Of a stretch of 64,000 bases of DNA, positions 1 to 11,571 are shown piece after piece. This DNA comes from Plasmodiophora brassicae. Taxonomy: Eukaryota. The translations under genes and the position numbers were made by a program. Under the pieces are notes generated by a model that did no database searches, was not told the origin of the DNA, and was given only the letters and a program-made list of their open reading frames with translations. Positions within the stretch are counted from its first letter, which is position 1. Each line of letters opens with the position of its first letter. The stretch covers positions 248,001 to 312,000 of the forward strand of contig CP145411.1 in NCBI GenBank assembly GCA_036867785.1, given 5' to 3'.

Positions 1-1558
1 GACGTCCCGGGTGCGAGGGCGCTTCGGCGGACGCTGTGACGACGTCCCCGAGGAACGTTGCGAGGAACGCGCCGATGAGCGCAGCGCGTGACTGGACCTC
101 GAGCGCGGCGGCGACCCGAACTCGTCCGGATAGGGGAACGGCGGCGACAGGTCGGCCTTGTGGCCGTCGAGCAGGCGGTCGTACTCGACAGCGTACTGAC
201 GGACGGCGTCGGCAAAAGTGAACAGCGGGCGCAGGTACTCCAGCTTGACGGTGCCGTCTTCGGCAAAGACGCGGGCACTGGGCCCTCGGACCGAACGGCC
301 GTCGTAGCGGGCGCGGTCGTTCCGGTCGAGCTGGTCGACGTCGTCCGGATTGCACAGATCACCGGGCGGGATGGCGAGCGGAACCGGATCCTGCTCCACG
401 TCGTTGCCGAACAGATCAAACGACGGCAACGGGTGCAGGACGAGCGAGGCGCGCGACCGACTTGTCACGGTCGCCCTCGTCGGCGAGGTCTGGGACCAGA
501 ACATACGGCTGAGCTCGGCCACCGCCACACAGCAGACCGAAGACGCGTAGCCGGGCGCGATCGTCGCGAGGCGCTTGGCGCAGGACGCCCAGCTGAGCGA
601 TAAGGGAGGCGGCCATGGCGACAGCCATCTTCCGGAAGTCCTTGTGGTCGCAGTCTTCCATCACGTCGTGCGCGGCGATCTCGGCCAGCAATATGGGGAG
701 ACGACGGGCGCGCCGCATCGGATCATCGTTGCCGGTCACCGGCGTCGTCGACAGCGTCACCGCGTAGTCGACGAACTGGTCAGGAAACCCGTCCAGCACC
801 TGGGCAAGCGCAAACTCGACATGCGAGAAGATGCTGGGCGATTGCGATTCGGGGACGCGTAACGCCGCGTCCAGCACGCGATCCCACACCCGGCCGTGGA
901 ATTGGAGCTCGGGGCGGCAGAGCGGGCTCGGGACGAAAGTCCTGAGCGGGCTCGGGACGAAAGTCCTGAGCGGCAGCGCGGCCAGCAGGTACGCGATCGT
1001 GACGCTCAGCTGGTCGCTGTTGTGGTTCGGGCGCAGGATGTGGCTGGCAGCGAATGAGAAATCACGGTCGGGCATGGCGGCCTCGTGCAGGTCGTCGGGC
1101 ATTGGTAGTTGGAGCGGGGAGAACCGCCCCTGCGAATCAAACAGGCCGGCGAGCGCAAACGCCGCCACGTGGACGACCCCGTACCCGGCTAAGGAGTGGG
1201 CTCGCGCCACCGACACGATCTGGTAGGACGCGCCTCGACGGCGCGGATTCGCAGTCAGATAGCGCGACGCCACATCTGTCGCGAGCTCGGCAAGGCTGCC
1301 GCACGTGAACGGGACCGCAGGCTTAGGTGCGGGCGGATGCAGGCACGACCAGAAGTTGTTGATGAACACGGTCCGGTCCTCGCTGGGCGCCTCGTCATCC
1401 CAGACGAAGAATTGGTGAAGGTTTGAGCGTTTCTGGTACCGGAGGACCCTGCCGTCAAAGCTGCCAATGAGACGAGCCCGCCCCTGGCTGAGGTCGCGTA
1501 CGACGACGGCGACCTCCTGGGCTGTCGTCGTGTCGGTGATGCGCCTGTTGCCGTCCAT
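1..1558 (-). CDS. Hypothetical protein with a possible CRN-type restriction-endonuclease-like (PD-(D/E)xK) domain; frame change near 430-505; runs off the window start
   Basis: ORF 416-1699, probable Met at 1558, contains VDYAV...PILLAEIA...HKDFRKM...RVFGLLCGG. A second open frame (LVLHPLPSFDLF...EYLRPLFTFADAVRQYA) continues to base 1. Confidence 0.4.
920..973. repeat. 24-nt tandem duplication, in frame (PLRTFVPS x2)
   Basis: gagcgggctcgggacgaaagtcct at 920-943 and 944-967, plus a partial third copy. Confidence 0.95.
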
Positions 1559-1916
1559 GTCGGTCGAAGTGCGGGCGGCGGGCGGGCGGCGAGCGGCGGC
1601 GGTATGCGAGTGCGGGCGGCATCCCCGAGAGCCCCCTCCCCTCCCCGAGTCCGCGTCACGCAACATCCCCGCAGCCCTCATCATGGGACAGTCTGGCACG
1701 GATCAGTCAGCACGCGCTGTTCAAGACCCGTCTACCTAAGCACGGGCGGGCCCCAGGTTGCGTCTGACCTGCACGCCAGTGCAGGTGCACCGGGACTGCC
1801 CAACCCGGAAGGTGGCCCTGCGTGTACCAACGATTACCGTCGAGTTGCACGTCGTTGCACCGTGTGGACATCTGGTGCGTGCGCTGACCCCCAATCATAC
1901 GAAGTAAGAATTCAGT

Positions 1917-2840
1917 GTGCTGTTCGAGGATGTGTTCACTTCAGACATGGCGTCGATTATGGAGCTGTACTTCATGCCCAGGTCGGCGCTGTTTGAAGTG
2001 TGGGGTCTACACCCACGAGCGCGCCGCGGCCGACGAAGCGTTCGAGCGCACCGGCTGCCGGGTCATGCAGATCGACCGGAAGCCGGACGACGCGGACCTG
2101 GTCGAGTGGGCTGTCGAGAACCCGCGTTCCCGGCAGCAACGCGAGGCCGAGGCGAAGGCGCCGAGGAGACGGCGCAGTTCAAGGCCCGCCTTCAGAAGAT
2201 GTCGACGAGGTCGGGGCTGCGTCCGTCGCTGCGGCGCACGTTCCAGTCCATCCTGGAGACGCGTGCATCGGCGGTCGAATACGTGGCGTTCGCCGCGCCC
2301 CGCGATGGCTCCAGCCGTCGCCGTCGTCGCCGGCGCCGTTCATCGTCGAGACGCCCGCAGCCGGATCGTCCACGCCAGGATCGCCGCCCTCCAAGACCGC
2401 GCCCGGCGCGACCGCTTGCCTTCTTGATCACCGCCGACTGCCGATCATCATGGTCGCAGGCCGAGCCTGGCGTGGATGACCGCGCCTCTGCCGCTGGCGT
2501 CGTCTCCTGCATGACGACGTTGCCAACGATCCCGGAGGCGCCGCTGCCTGATCTCCCTGAGCAAGACCCACCGCGTCGCATCCCGGTGCCGCCGTCGCAG
2601 ACGTCGTCAAGCTGCGTATCTGCCGACGCCCAACCCGGAGGCGCGCGTCGCCCGTCGCCACCCACTCAGGCCGCCGACGTCCAGTCGATCGCGTCCCGTC
2701 GTTCACGTCGGCGCCGCAACCCTCTCGAGGATCTCGGCCCCGTCCTCTCTCATTATACCAGCGCTGGCCGCCCCGGAACGCGCTCGCGCTCTGCCCTCGG
2801 CCAGCGGCAAAGTCGTGGCGGACAGCTCTCTGTTTGCTGA
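1917..2840 (+). pseudogene. Hypothetical gene with several apparent frameshifts (pseudogene or consensus errors)
   Basis: Protein-like segments alternate between the three plus frames: LFEDVFTSDMASIMELYF, ERAAADEAFERTGCRVMQIDRKPDD, AEETAQFKARLQKM, then a Ser/Pro-rich tail. Confidence 0.35.
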
Positions 2841-3040
2841 CGGACACCGCGGCGGAGCTGGACCGTTCGCAACGGTAACCCCGGACGGCCGGATCGGACA
2901 TGCCCAGTCGCGGAACGTCAATCTGCGCGAAGCACAACAGCCCGTACAAATCCACCTGCCGTCAAGAAGATTCTCCGCTGTACCTGCGTTGTGTTGCACC
3001 TACCTAGCAGTGCCGAATCGTGTTTGCGTTGTCAGCAGCC

Positions 3041-3436
3041 ATGGTGAAGCTGTCGCTAATCGTGTTGGCGGGCCTCGTAGCCAGCGCATCGGCGATGGCC
3101 TGGTGGGATCCGGAGCCCATGCCACCGTTCGACGAGTACCATCACTCGGGCGGGTGCGAATGCACGGCCCTGCACGCTGCTGTCAAGAGTCAGAATGGGC
3201 CCGGCGTTGACCTGCTGTTGAAGGAGGGTGGGCAGCCCGTTGACAGCAGAGATTGTAACAGCCGGACTCCCCTGCACTGGGCCGCGATTCGCGGGTCGCT
3301 CAAGATGGTTCAAACCCTGGTACAGCACAACGCCACCATCGATGCGCTGTGCGAACTCGGCCACACCCCCGCATGGCACGCGTTCTATCGCGGGCACCGT
3401 CACGTCGCCACCTACCTGCACAGCCTTCGTGGTTAA
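3041..3436 (+). CDS. Small secreted ankyrin-repeat protein (candidate effector)
   Basis: Signal-peptide-like MVKLSLIVLAGLVASASA followed by three ankyrin motifs (TALHAA, TPLHWAA, TPAWHA); single exon. Confidence 0.85.
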   Translation: MVKLSLIVLAGLVASASAMAWWDPEPMPPFDEYHHSGGCECTALHAAVKSQNGPGVDLLLKEGGQPVDSRDCNSRTPLHWAAIRGSLKMVQTLVQHNATIDALCELGHTPAWHAFYRGHRHVATYLHSLRG

Positions 3437-3570
3437 CCCGTCCACGCGTCTGCCCATCACTGTCATTGCACCATCCGGTTACCTAATACAGCATCGCCCC
3501 AGTCGATGGTATGTGCGGTTTTTACTGATGTCCCGCTGATGAAGGTCGCGCCGCTCGGCCATCTGTAACA

Positions 3571-4262
3571 ATGGCGTCGATCACGATGTTCTATGACGTC
3601 ATCAGCCCGTACTCGCTGCTGGCCTTCGAGATTCTCCAGCGCAGCGGATGGAGCAAGACGGTCGCAATCGAATACGTCCCCGTGCACCTGGGCGGCATCA
3701 TGCAGGTCCTTAAACATGCCGCGTCGTCTGCCCCGTGCCTGAACGCTTCGTCCTACAGGCCACCGGGAATCGCCCGCCGATAACGGTGGCGGCCAAAGAG
3801 CCTTGGATGCAGAAGGACCTGGCGCGATCGTGTCGCGAGGCCGGCCTCCCTCCGTTCCGGATGCCGGAAGGGTTCCCGATGGTCAGCACGCTCCTTGCTC
3901 AGCGTGTCCTGGCCGCCATCCCCGACAACAACGATCGCGCGCGTGCCACGTCGGCCCTGTTCCGCGCGTCGCTGCAGGAAGGTCGCCGTCTCGACGAGGC
4001 CGCCGTTCGGCAAGCTCTGGCGTCGGCAGGGTTCCCGTCCGACGTCACCGATAAGCTGGTCGCCGCCGCAGCCTCCCCCGGCGTCAAGGCCAAGCTGCAG
4101 AAGCAGACCGAGCAGGCGCTGGCGCTCGGTGCGTTCGGCGCCCCGACCATAATCGTCAAACGTCCGGGCGCCCCCGACGAGTTCTTCTTCGGCAGCGATC
4201 GGTTCCATCAGATCGCGCCGCTCGTCGGCCAGGCATGGCCCATTCGCAAGTCGAAGCTGTGA
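3571..4262 (+). CDS. GSTK1: Glutathione S-transferase kappa / DSBA-like thioredoxin-fold protein
   Basis: FYDVISPYS, PVHLGGIMQ|ATGNRPP, GAFGAP and FFGSDRF motifs; GT-AG intron 3706-3758. Confidence 0.85.
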
Positions 4263-4274
4263 TCGACACACGTT

Positions 4275-5300
4275 TTAATTACAGTCGTTGAACGGGGGCA
4301 GGGCCAGCCCCGACTTGTTATGTCGGTCTGAGTCGAAGACGCCCCAGTGCCGTTCGATCTCGTCGACGCCCGTCTTCCAGGCGGCGTCGAACGCCTCGAA
4401 CCAGTAGAAGTGGATGTTGGCCCTGGTGGCCTGGCAGATGAACTCCTTCATGTACGTGTTGTAGGCGGCGATCGACGTCCGCGGAGCATCGCCGCTCGAG
4501 GGCCACCCCGTCTCCCCGATGATGATCGGCTTGTCCAGCGCCCTGTCCTGCAGCTCGTGCAGCTGGCTGAACGTGACGCCGGCCGCCTGGCTCGCGTCCA
4601 GGCCTTGCACGAAGTACGGGTGCAGGTTGGCAACCACGTAGTCGACCTCGTGCACCAGGCGCGGGTTATGCGTGAACGTCTTCAGGACGTCAACCGTGAC
4701 GACCGCGATTCGCGTCAGGTACTGCTTGCCGAGTTCGTTGCGAACCTGGCGGATGAGGTTGATGAGCGTGTCGACGGCCAGCGTGTGCCTGAGGACGACC
4801 TCGTTGCCGACCGAGATCGTGTCGATCTGCCGCGTGCTGTGCTTCTTGATGATGCGGAACATCTCGCGAATGGCGCCCTGGTTGCCGTCGTTGCTGGACG
4901 TCAGCTGGATGCCGACCATGAGGCGGAAGTGGCTGAACTCGTCGTGGTGCTTCTCGAGGGCGCCCAGGATCGCCTCCAGGTGGCAACCCGACCCGTACGT
5001 TCGCAAGCGCGTCGTCATGGGTGCTAACAGGCGCAGATCTTCGACGACCTGGTCGACGGTGGGGCACCACTGATTGGCCCTGGCAGGGTTGTACGAGATG
5101 CCCCAGAACGAGTTGACGGAATCCTCCGGGATCTCGATCGGGTTCGCCTGCGCGATGATGAACACGACGACGCCCATGATCAGGGCGACCAGCGCCAGCG
5201 CCAGGACGTACACGACGGCCGTCCCAACCCGGATCAAACGCTGGCCGCACTGATCCCGCCTAGCTGAGGTCGGCGACAGAAGGGGAGTCGACAGTTCCAT
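4275..5300 (-). CDS. GH17 beta-1,3-glucanase/glucanosyltransferase with N-terminal membrane anchor
   Basis: GISYNP, LRTYG, VGNEVVLR, ANLHPYF, IIIGETGWPS, WFEAFD..WK..E.HWGVFD motifs; hydrophobic segment near N-terminus; intronless. Confidence 0.9.
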   Translation of the reverse strand: MELSTPLLSPTSARRDQCGQRLIRVGTAVVYVLALALVALIMGVVVFIIAQANPIEIPEDSVNSFWGISYNPARANQWCPTVDQVVEDLRLLAPMTTRLRTYGSGCHLEAILGALEKHHDEFSHFRLMVGIQLTSSNDGNQGAIREMFRIIKKHSTRQIDTISVGNEVVLRHTLAVDTLINLIRQVRNELGKQYLTRIAVVTVDVLKTFTHNPRLVHEVDYVVANLHPYFVQGLDASQAAGVTFSQLHELQDRALDKPIIIGETGWPSSGDAPRTSIAAYNTYMKEFICQATRANIHFYWFEAFDAAWKTGVDEIERHWGVFDSDRHNKSGLALPPFNDCN

Positions 5301-5500
5301 CGCGGGATGGCACCGGCAGAAACGATGACTGAAACCAGTGGGGGCGCGGTCACTGGCCAACCCACAGTAGTAACGCAGGCGGAGGGGCCTGTGACAGTCA
5401 GAAAGACGACGATACGTAAGGGTTGCACCATGAACGGTCACTGGATCGCAGGCAGAATGTATTGGTACGGAGACGGGTCGGCTGGGGACATGTGCTCGGT

Positions 5501-8500
5501 TCAGACATTGGCGAACAGGCCTTGGGCGTTGTTCCCGACACCGGCGATCTGGCACGTGACGCAGACCGATCCGGCCTTCTGGCTGGGACTGTATTCCGAC
5601 TGGCAGAACGGGCAGCGGATGACGTTGTCACCCGAGAGGGCCCTCAGACCAGCGGTATCGATCTTCACAGGCAGCGACGGGTCGAAGGACAGCGGCGACG
5701 CGTCGGTGTCGTTCTGGTCACAGTGCCGGGCCACCTGCTTCAACTTGTCGACAGCGGCCTCGAGACTTCGAGGCAGCCGATGAGACCGCGATAGGTCTAA
5801 GAACGATCGAGCGCAGTGGCCTGGAACGAAAGTCAGTTAACGGCGGACCTCGTCAGCGGGTACGATCGTACCTGCGAGGTGAAAGTTTCGGAGCTTCATG
5901 GCTTGCCCAACAGCAGAGTACAACGCAAGGAACGTGTGCACGGGTTGAAGCCGGCAGCATGTCAGCAGCGCGGCGAGCTCGCATTTCCTGTTGTCGTCGG
6001 CGGCGGGGTCGTTCTTGGCAATGCCCAGTCTCGCTGCGGTAATGTACTCCTTGCATACGAGAGCGGCATCCTGAGCCTCCTTCGCCTGCGCACGAGTCCT
6101 GGCCTCCAGCAGAGGGATGACGGCAAGAGCCGATCGGAATGCACGAGCAGCATCCTCCAGTGACGATGTGTCCATAAAGAGGCGATAGCCCTCGGTCATT
6201 CTTCGCTGGCACGCCGCCATATTCAACGCATGAACCGGGTGGGAGTCCCCAAGGCCGAGTGACCACGAAGACGTTCCCGGGAGACCAGGAACACTGATTC
6301 GGCACGATTCGCTGATCGTTGTCGCGTGCTCCTAAATGACTATCGGTAAAGGATGCGAAGTACACCGGCAACTCAACAAACCTGCAATGGCCGGTAGTCC
6401 ACAACCCCGATCATTCGTTCGAGTGCCTTGCGAGCAAGCTGTACTTCGCCAGCGGCAATAAAATCACACGGAAGCGCTGCCGAATCCAGCCATCGGCGCG
6501 CAAACCCATGCCCAACTGTTGGCATGACAAAGTAGTCAACATGCTGAGCAGACGACGTCGAGATTGGCACTTCAGGCAACGAATCGAGTTGAAGATCGTC
6601 TCCCCAACCGCCGGGCTCCATTGCTGGGACATCAAGCATCAGATCATCCTCTCCAACCTCTCCCTCAGCGCCACCCCATCCGCTGACATCAACATCAACA
6701 GGGCCCGCAGCTGTAGGGGAATCAGCCTCCTCTGGGTGCTCCACGATCTCGTATTGCCCTAGCACCCAAAAGTATCACCTCATAGGAACCTGCAGATCAG
6801 CAAACAAGGTCTACCGTCAGCCCCAGCCTGGCCGTCGAAGTATCCTCGGGCGACGTGTACTCGTGGCCAGTTGCTCCCAAGTGCAATTGGCATCGGAGGG
6901 AGAAGAAGCGAGGCCCCGGGTACGTCAGCAATTTCAGCGCCTTCAAGTTTCGCATGAAGTTCATCGGCACGATCGGAGAGAGAATGCGATTTCGCGACAA
7001 TGTAAGCCAATGCACTGTTGCCAGTCTGCTCTAACACGCCGACGCGCTCTTCGACATTTCCAAGCATCAGAGAGTGGTGGAAACGGGACTGTGCATCTTC
7101 CCGCATCTGGGCGATGTGCAGCATCTTTGAAAGCTTGGCAGTGTCACCCGTGACCAAGTACAGCAACGACAGTTTGTCGTACTGACGTGATTTCTGGTAG
7201 GCTAATTCGACAACCTGCAAATTGCCTTGCCTTAGAGCAGCCTGCAAACACTTGTCAGCGATATGCGATATTGGTGGGACGACACCTGCTTGCCTGAGCC
7301 AGTTGCGCCCAACAATCGGTCGTCTGTAACGTTTGCGCACACTCCAAAGCAATGTCAATGTTTCCACATTGAACGGCGAGGGCGAACTTCGTGCGCTCGT
7401 CTTTAACAAAGAAAAGCGCCACTTCCGGAAAGCCCTTGTCTTGAAGATAGCCGATTATCGATTGACCAACCAGTTTGTTGGACTGGATGATACGACGAAC
7501 GTCATCATACCGCCGCGCCAGGAGGGCAGATTTGAAAACTGCTTCAGTGTTGTCCACAGTAAAGCTGCACGCCTGGCCATCACGATCCAAGCAGTCCACT
7601 GTGGAGCCACCGGGCCCACGAACGCCGGTAATGTACACGGGCACATCAAGAGTCCGAATGATACCGGAGTCACCAGTAGAGAGGCAGTACTTGATGTGGT
7701 TCGACGTCGTGTAAATGAATACACCATCGGTGTCCCAAGCACCACCCTGTGACCAGCTATTAGCACCAGTCGTTCAAGGTTGTACAGCAGCCGACTACGA
7801 ACCTTGATGCGAGCGTTCTCTGTGAGCGTGGCGATATCAGCTAGGTCGGCGCCGCCGCAAATGTAGATAACAAACTTGGACACGATGGCGCAGTATTTTC
7901 TGTCTCTGCTCCACACAATCGTCTTCACAGGGCATCGCGCTTGAACGGACACTTCTCCTAGGACCTTGCGAGCCTCGATATCAAACAGCAGCACTTTGTC
8001 ACTGCATACCAAGAGAACACGTCCCACGCCGGCAGGGAATAGGTTGACGACGTTCGAAATGGGTAGGTCGACTGTTCGCTTCGGCTCGTTGGCAAAGTTC
8101 TTCAGAACGAGACGCGACCCTTGCGAAAGCACGGCGAAACGATTGCGAGATACAAAGCAGGCCGCATTCCCAAGGCCACGTTGAGGCTGAATGTCTTGTC
8201 CAAGTGCGTCCTGCGCAATTGTGTAGAGTTCGTACGTGCCGCCATCGGCGTCGGACAGAAGCAGGATGTTAATTTCAGCGTTGTTCATGGAATTGTAACG
8301 CAGGAAGCGAGTAGCGTCTTTCGCTGATAGTGATCTGGGACCATATTAGACTAGGTTACGAATACAACGAGACAGCACCTACGATGCCGACGTCTGGCGG
8401 CGCGTACCGCATACGACGGATTCCGAGCCCGATTGGAAATCGTGGAGGCGGACCTGGCGGTTGAAGTAGTAATAGCACAGGGAACGATGGGTATCGAATG

Positions 8501-9552
8501 GAGGCCGTTCGCGTTGCAGTTTGAACATGAACATACCCGAATCATGACCAGCAGCAAGAATGTTCAGTGTTGGATGCGCGGCAAGAATCCAGTAGCGATC
8601 AGTCTCTCGTCGCAGCGACTGCGGAGGCGACTGACGCGACATGTCCCAGACACGGATGGATTTGTCTTCCGAGTTCGATATGATGACCTCCTGGCGCGGG
8701 TGGAAAATAACGCAGGACACGTTGTTGATGTGGCCTCGCATCGTGTCAACTTCCCACGCCTTGACGTCGGACATTCGCCAGAGTTTCACTTCTCGGTCGT
8801 CCGCACCAGACACGATAAGGGGCAATTTCGGATGGAACGATGCCCAGTTCACTCCGCGTTGATGGCCTTCCAGGACATATTTCACGACAAAATCATTGGT
8901 AGAGAACAGGTCTTGGTTTGTCCCGGACCCGGCACGACGGTCCTGGAATTCACGAGACGGCGCGCTTCCCGTGGCAGAGAATACGGTCTTCTTCCGCAAG
9001 CCAGCAATGTCCCAAACACGCACGGTCTGCAAGCGAGGATTTGAATCAGCTCGAACGCAACACACGGCGACTATACCAAACCTGATCAAGGGACGCGGAC
9101 AGGATAAGGTCCTCGGACGGATGGAATTGGGCGCACATGACGTAGTGATTGTGCCCCGTGAGGACAGAGACACAGGACCGCGATTGCCAGTTCCATATCC
9201 GGATTGTCTGGTCGTCAGACGCGGACAGTATCCAGGGATATTCGTGATGGAACTTAACCGTACGAATATAATCGAGGTGCCCCGTCAGATGGAACAAGCA
9301 TCGCCGCATTTGGTAATTCCAGACGCGGATCTTCGAATCGTCGCCACCAGACACGAACAGCGGCTGCGTTAGATGGAAATCGACGCCGCGAACTGGCCCG
9401 TCGTGCTCCTCGAACTTATCAATCATCGTCTCCATTCGATAGTCCCACAGCTGAATCGCGCCGGAGTGCAGCGAACACAAGATCCATGGTCGCTTCGGGT
9501 GGAACGCTAGCCCCTTTACCCGGCTGCTCTTTGTCTCGAACTTGGTCAGCAT
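5501..9552 (-). CDS. COPA: Coatomer subunit alpha (multi-exon)
   Basis: [23 protein letters not shown] start, WD40 repeats, [21 protein letters not shown]-terminal CPFC...CVTC. Confidence 0.97.
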
Positions 9553-9801
9553 CAGCTCGACCGACCGCCGGCTACGCCGCCGACGTTGCGCCTCCTCCCA
9601 AACCCGTCTTGGAAAAAGACTGATTTATGCGACGGACATTGATCTAATTTTGCCACGTCACTCACGCAAACACCGCATGCCGGGATAGGCGGATAGCTCG
9701 CTTTATGTAGCCATCCAGTAGTGTAGTGTCAGGCAAGCACTATTATAACGCTAGAGTAGTAGAGCAGAAGCTGGGACGATCCCGCCAGCCAAACGTGATG
9801 G

Positions 9802-10560
9802 TCACTTGGAGAAGATTTTCGCGAAACGTTCAAGGTTGGCACCCTGGCTAACGCTGGACTGGTTGACGATCACAGTAGGGAGGTCGCCTTTCGGGTCGAC
9901 ATGGAATATGTTTCGGACTTGGCACGTGGATCGGGATTCGTCGACAGGCCACCACATCGTCTGCGTTCCGTTGACGTGCCCGCGGACGAACTTGCTCACC
10001 TCGCGAACATCTGGGTGTTCGAATGACGTTGCCGTGCTGGTGTAGTATTCGCGAGCGCCGCGAACGTCTGTTCGGCACTGTTCCAGCAAGTCATGTCAAC
10101 GTAAACCCCACGAGTACATTCGACGTGCGCTTACACGCTGTGCAACAACGAAGTCGCGGTTCGTGCAGGGCCAAGGAAGCGCGTATTCCGACCTGAACAG
10201 GCGCAGGCCGCTGGTTGCTGCAGGTGGCGGATACAGGTATACGGCTTGGATCAACATTTCGTCGATGGCCTTGAGGTAGGCGAAGAAATCCGATGTGATG
10301 TACTGCATGATCTGTTCCGGTGACGCAGTGATCGTCGTCTCCGACATCATCACCGAGAGCGACGGCGATCCCGTCGGTGGCGCATTCAGGTACTTGTATA
10401 TGTTGACGTCACCGATCCGCTTGACGTGGCGCCATGACTTGGAATCCGTGTCGAGCGTCTCCGCCAGGGTAACCAGTCGGCGTTCGGTCTCGGCCAGTGC
10501 ATCGTGCAGCGCCCGGCGACGCTCCTCATCGATGACGATGAACCCATTGCCGTTGCTCAT
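9802..10560 (-). CDS. START (StAR-related lipid transfer) domain protein
   Basis: LPWPCTNRDFV, SFEHPDV..FVRG, VDPKGDLP motifs; one intron near 10086-10135. Confidence 0.85.
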
Positions 10561-10833
10561 TGTCGACCACAATACGGCAGGTGCACCACTGGTTCTGTGG
10601 CGGCAGCTTCGAACTGGGACGCCGCCCCGGGGCGGATTTGCGCCACGGCGTCGTCGACGTGCCCTGGGCGCCCTCAAGTGGCACCCTCGCCGTGCCCGCC
10701 CCGCTGCAACTCCGCGTCAGCCATAGGCCTAAATTTGGGTGGCGACTGGCGTGGCACTTTATCCGCTGGCCCACAACACGTTGCTTGCCAGGGTCTGGTG
10801 TGATCCGATTCTGTATTGGTTTCGTGAGGTCTG

Positions 10834-11427
10834 TCAATTCGTGACGCAGAGTGACGATCCTGGGGCGCACGTGGAGCCGACCGGGCAGGCCGAGCAGCTG
10901 GGTCCAGCGGTATAAGGCAGCGCATTGGAGTAGACTTTCGAGCTGTAGTGGCAGACGACGATCTGGGCTGTGCTTGACTTGATGGCGCCGATGGTGATGT
11001 TGGGGCACTGCTTGACGCCGCATCCGAATTCACCAGCTGCCGCCCATACCATCTGCACGTAGTGCCCACAATCGCCAGACCTGCAACGCCCGCCGCCTTG
11101 GTAGTCAAAGTTGGCCGCTTCCGAGCCCCACTTGTCGTGCCACGCCCTGATATCGAGGAACGGTGACCCGTACACGATATTCTCGCCGTACACTGTGACG
11201 CTGTGTTTCGTGGGGCATTTGTCAGCGACATCCTGAGCGGACGCTGCCAGCACGGGGCTCCACTTCAGACCGCGCATATTCGACGCGGCGGGTTGAACTT
11301 TCGCACGATAGGAATTGTGCAGACTGACAATCAGGTCAGAGTCAGACGGACGGAGCAGGGACAGAGCGCATGCATCTGTGGCAAGCAACGCGACTAGAGC
11401 GCCGACGAACACGTGTGCGGCTGGCAT
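10834..11427 (-). CDS. Secreted CAP/SCP/PR-1 family protein
   Basis: Signal peptide, HNSYRA, GENI, GHYVQMVW, GCG, VCHY and a Cys-rich C-terminus; single exon. Confidence 0.93.
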   Translation of the reverse strand: MPAAHVFVGALVALLATDACALSLLRPSDSDLIVSLHNSYRAKVQPAASNMRGLKWSPVLAASAQDVADKCPTKHSVTVYGENIVYGSPFLDIRAWHDKWGSEAANFDYQGGGRCRSGDCGHYVQMVWAAAGEFGCGVKQCPNITIGAIKSSTAQIVVCHYSSKVYSNALPYTAGPSCSACPVGSTCAPGSSLCVTN

Positions 11428-11571
11428 GGCGCCTGGGAATTGGAACACAAGCGGTTTTCAGGAATCGACAATTGCAATCGGAGATCATGGAAGATGTCGC
11501 GCATGACGTCACGCAAACGGTGACGTCACTAGAACGATGTCCAAGTTGGATGGAGGGACTGGAGTGCGGGT

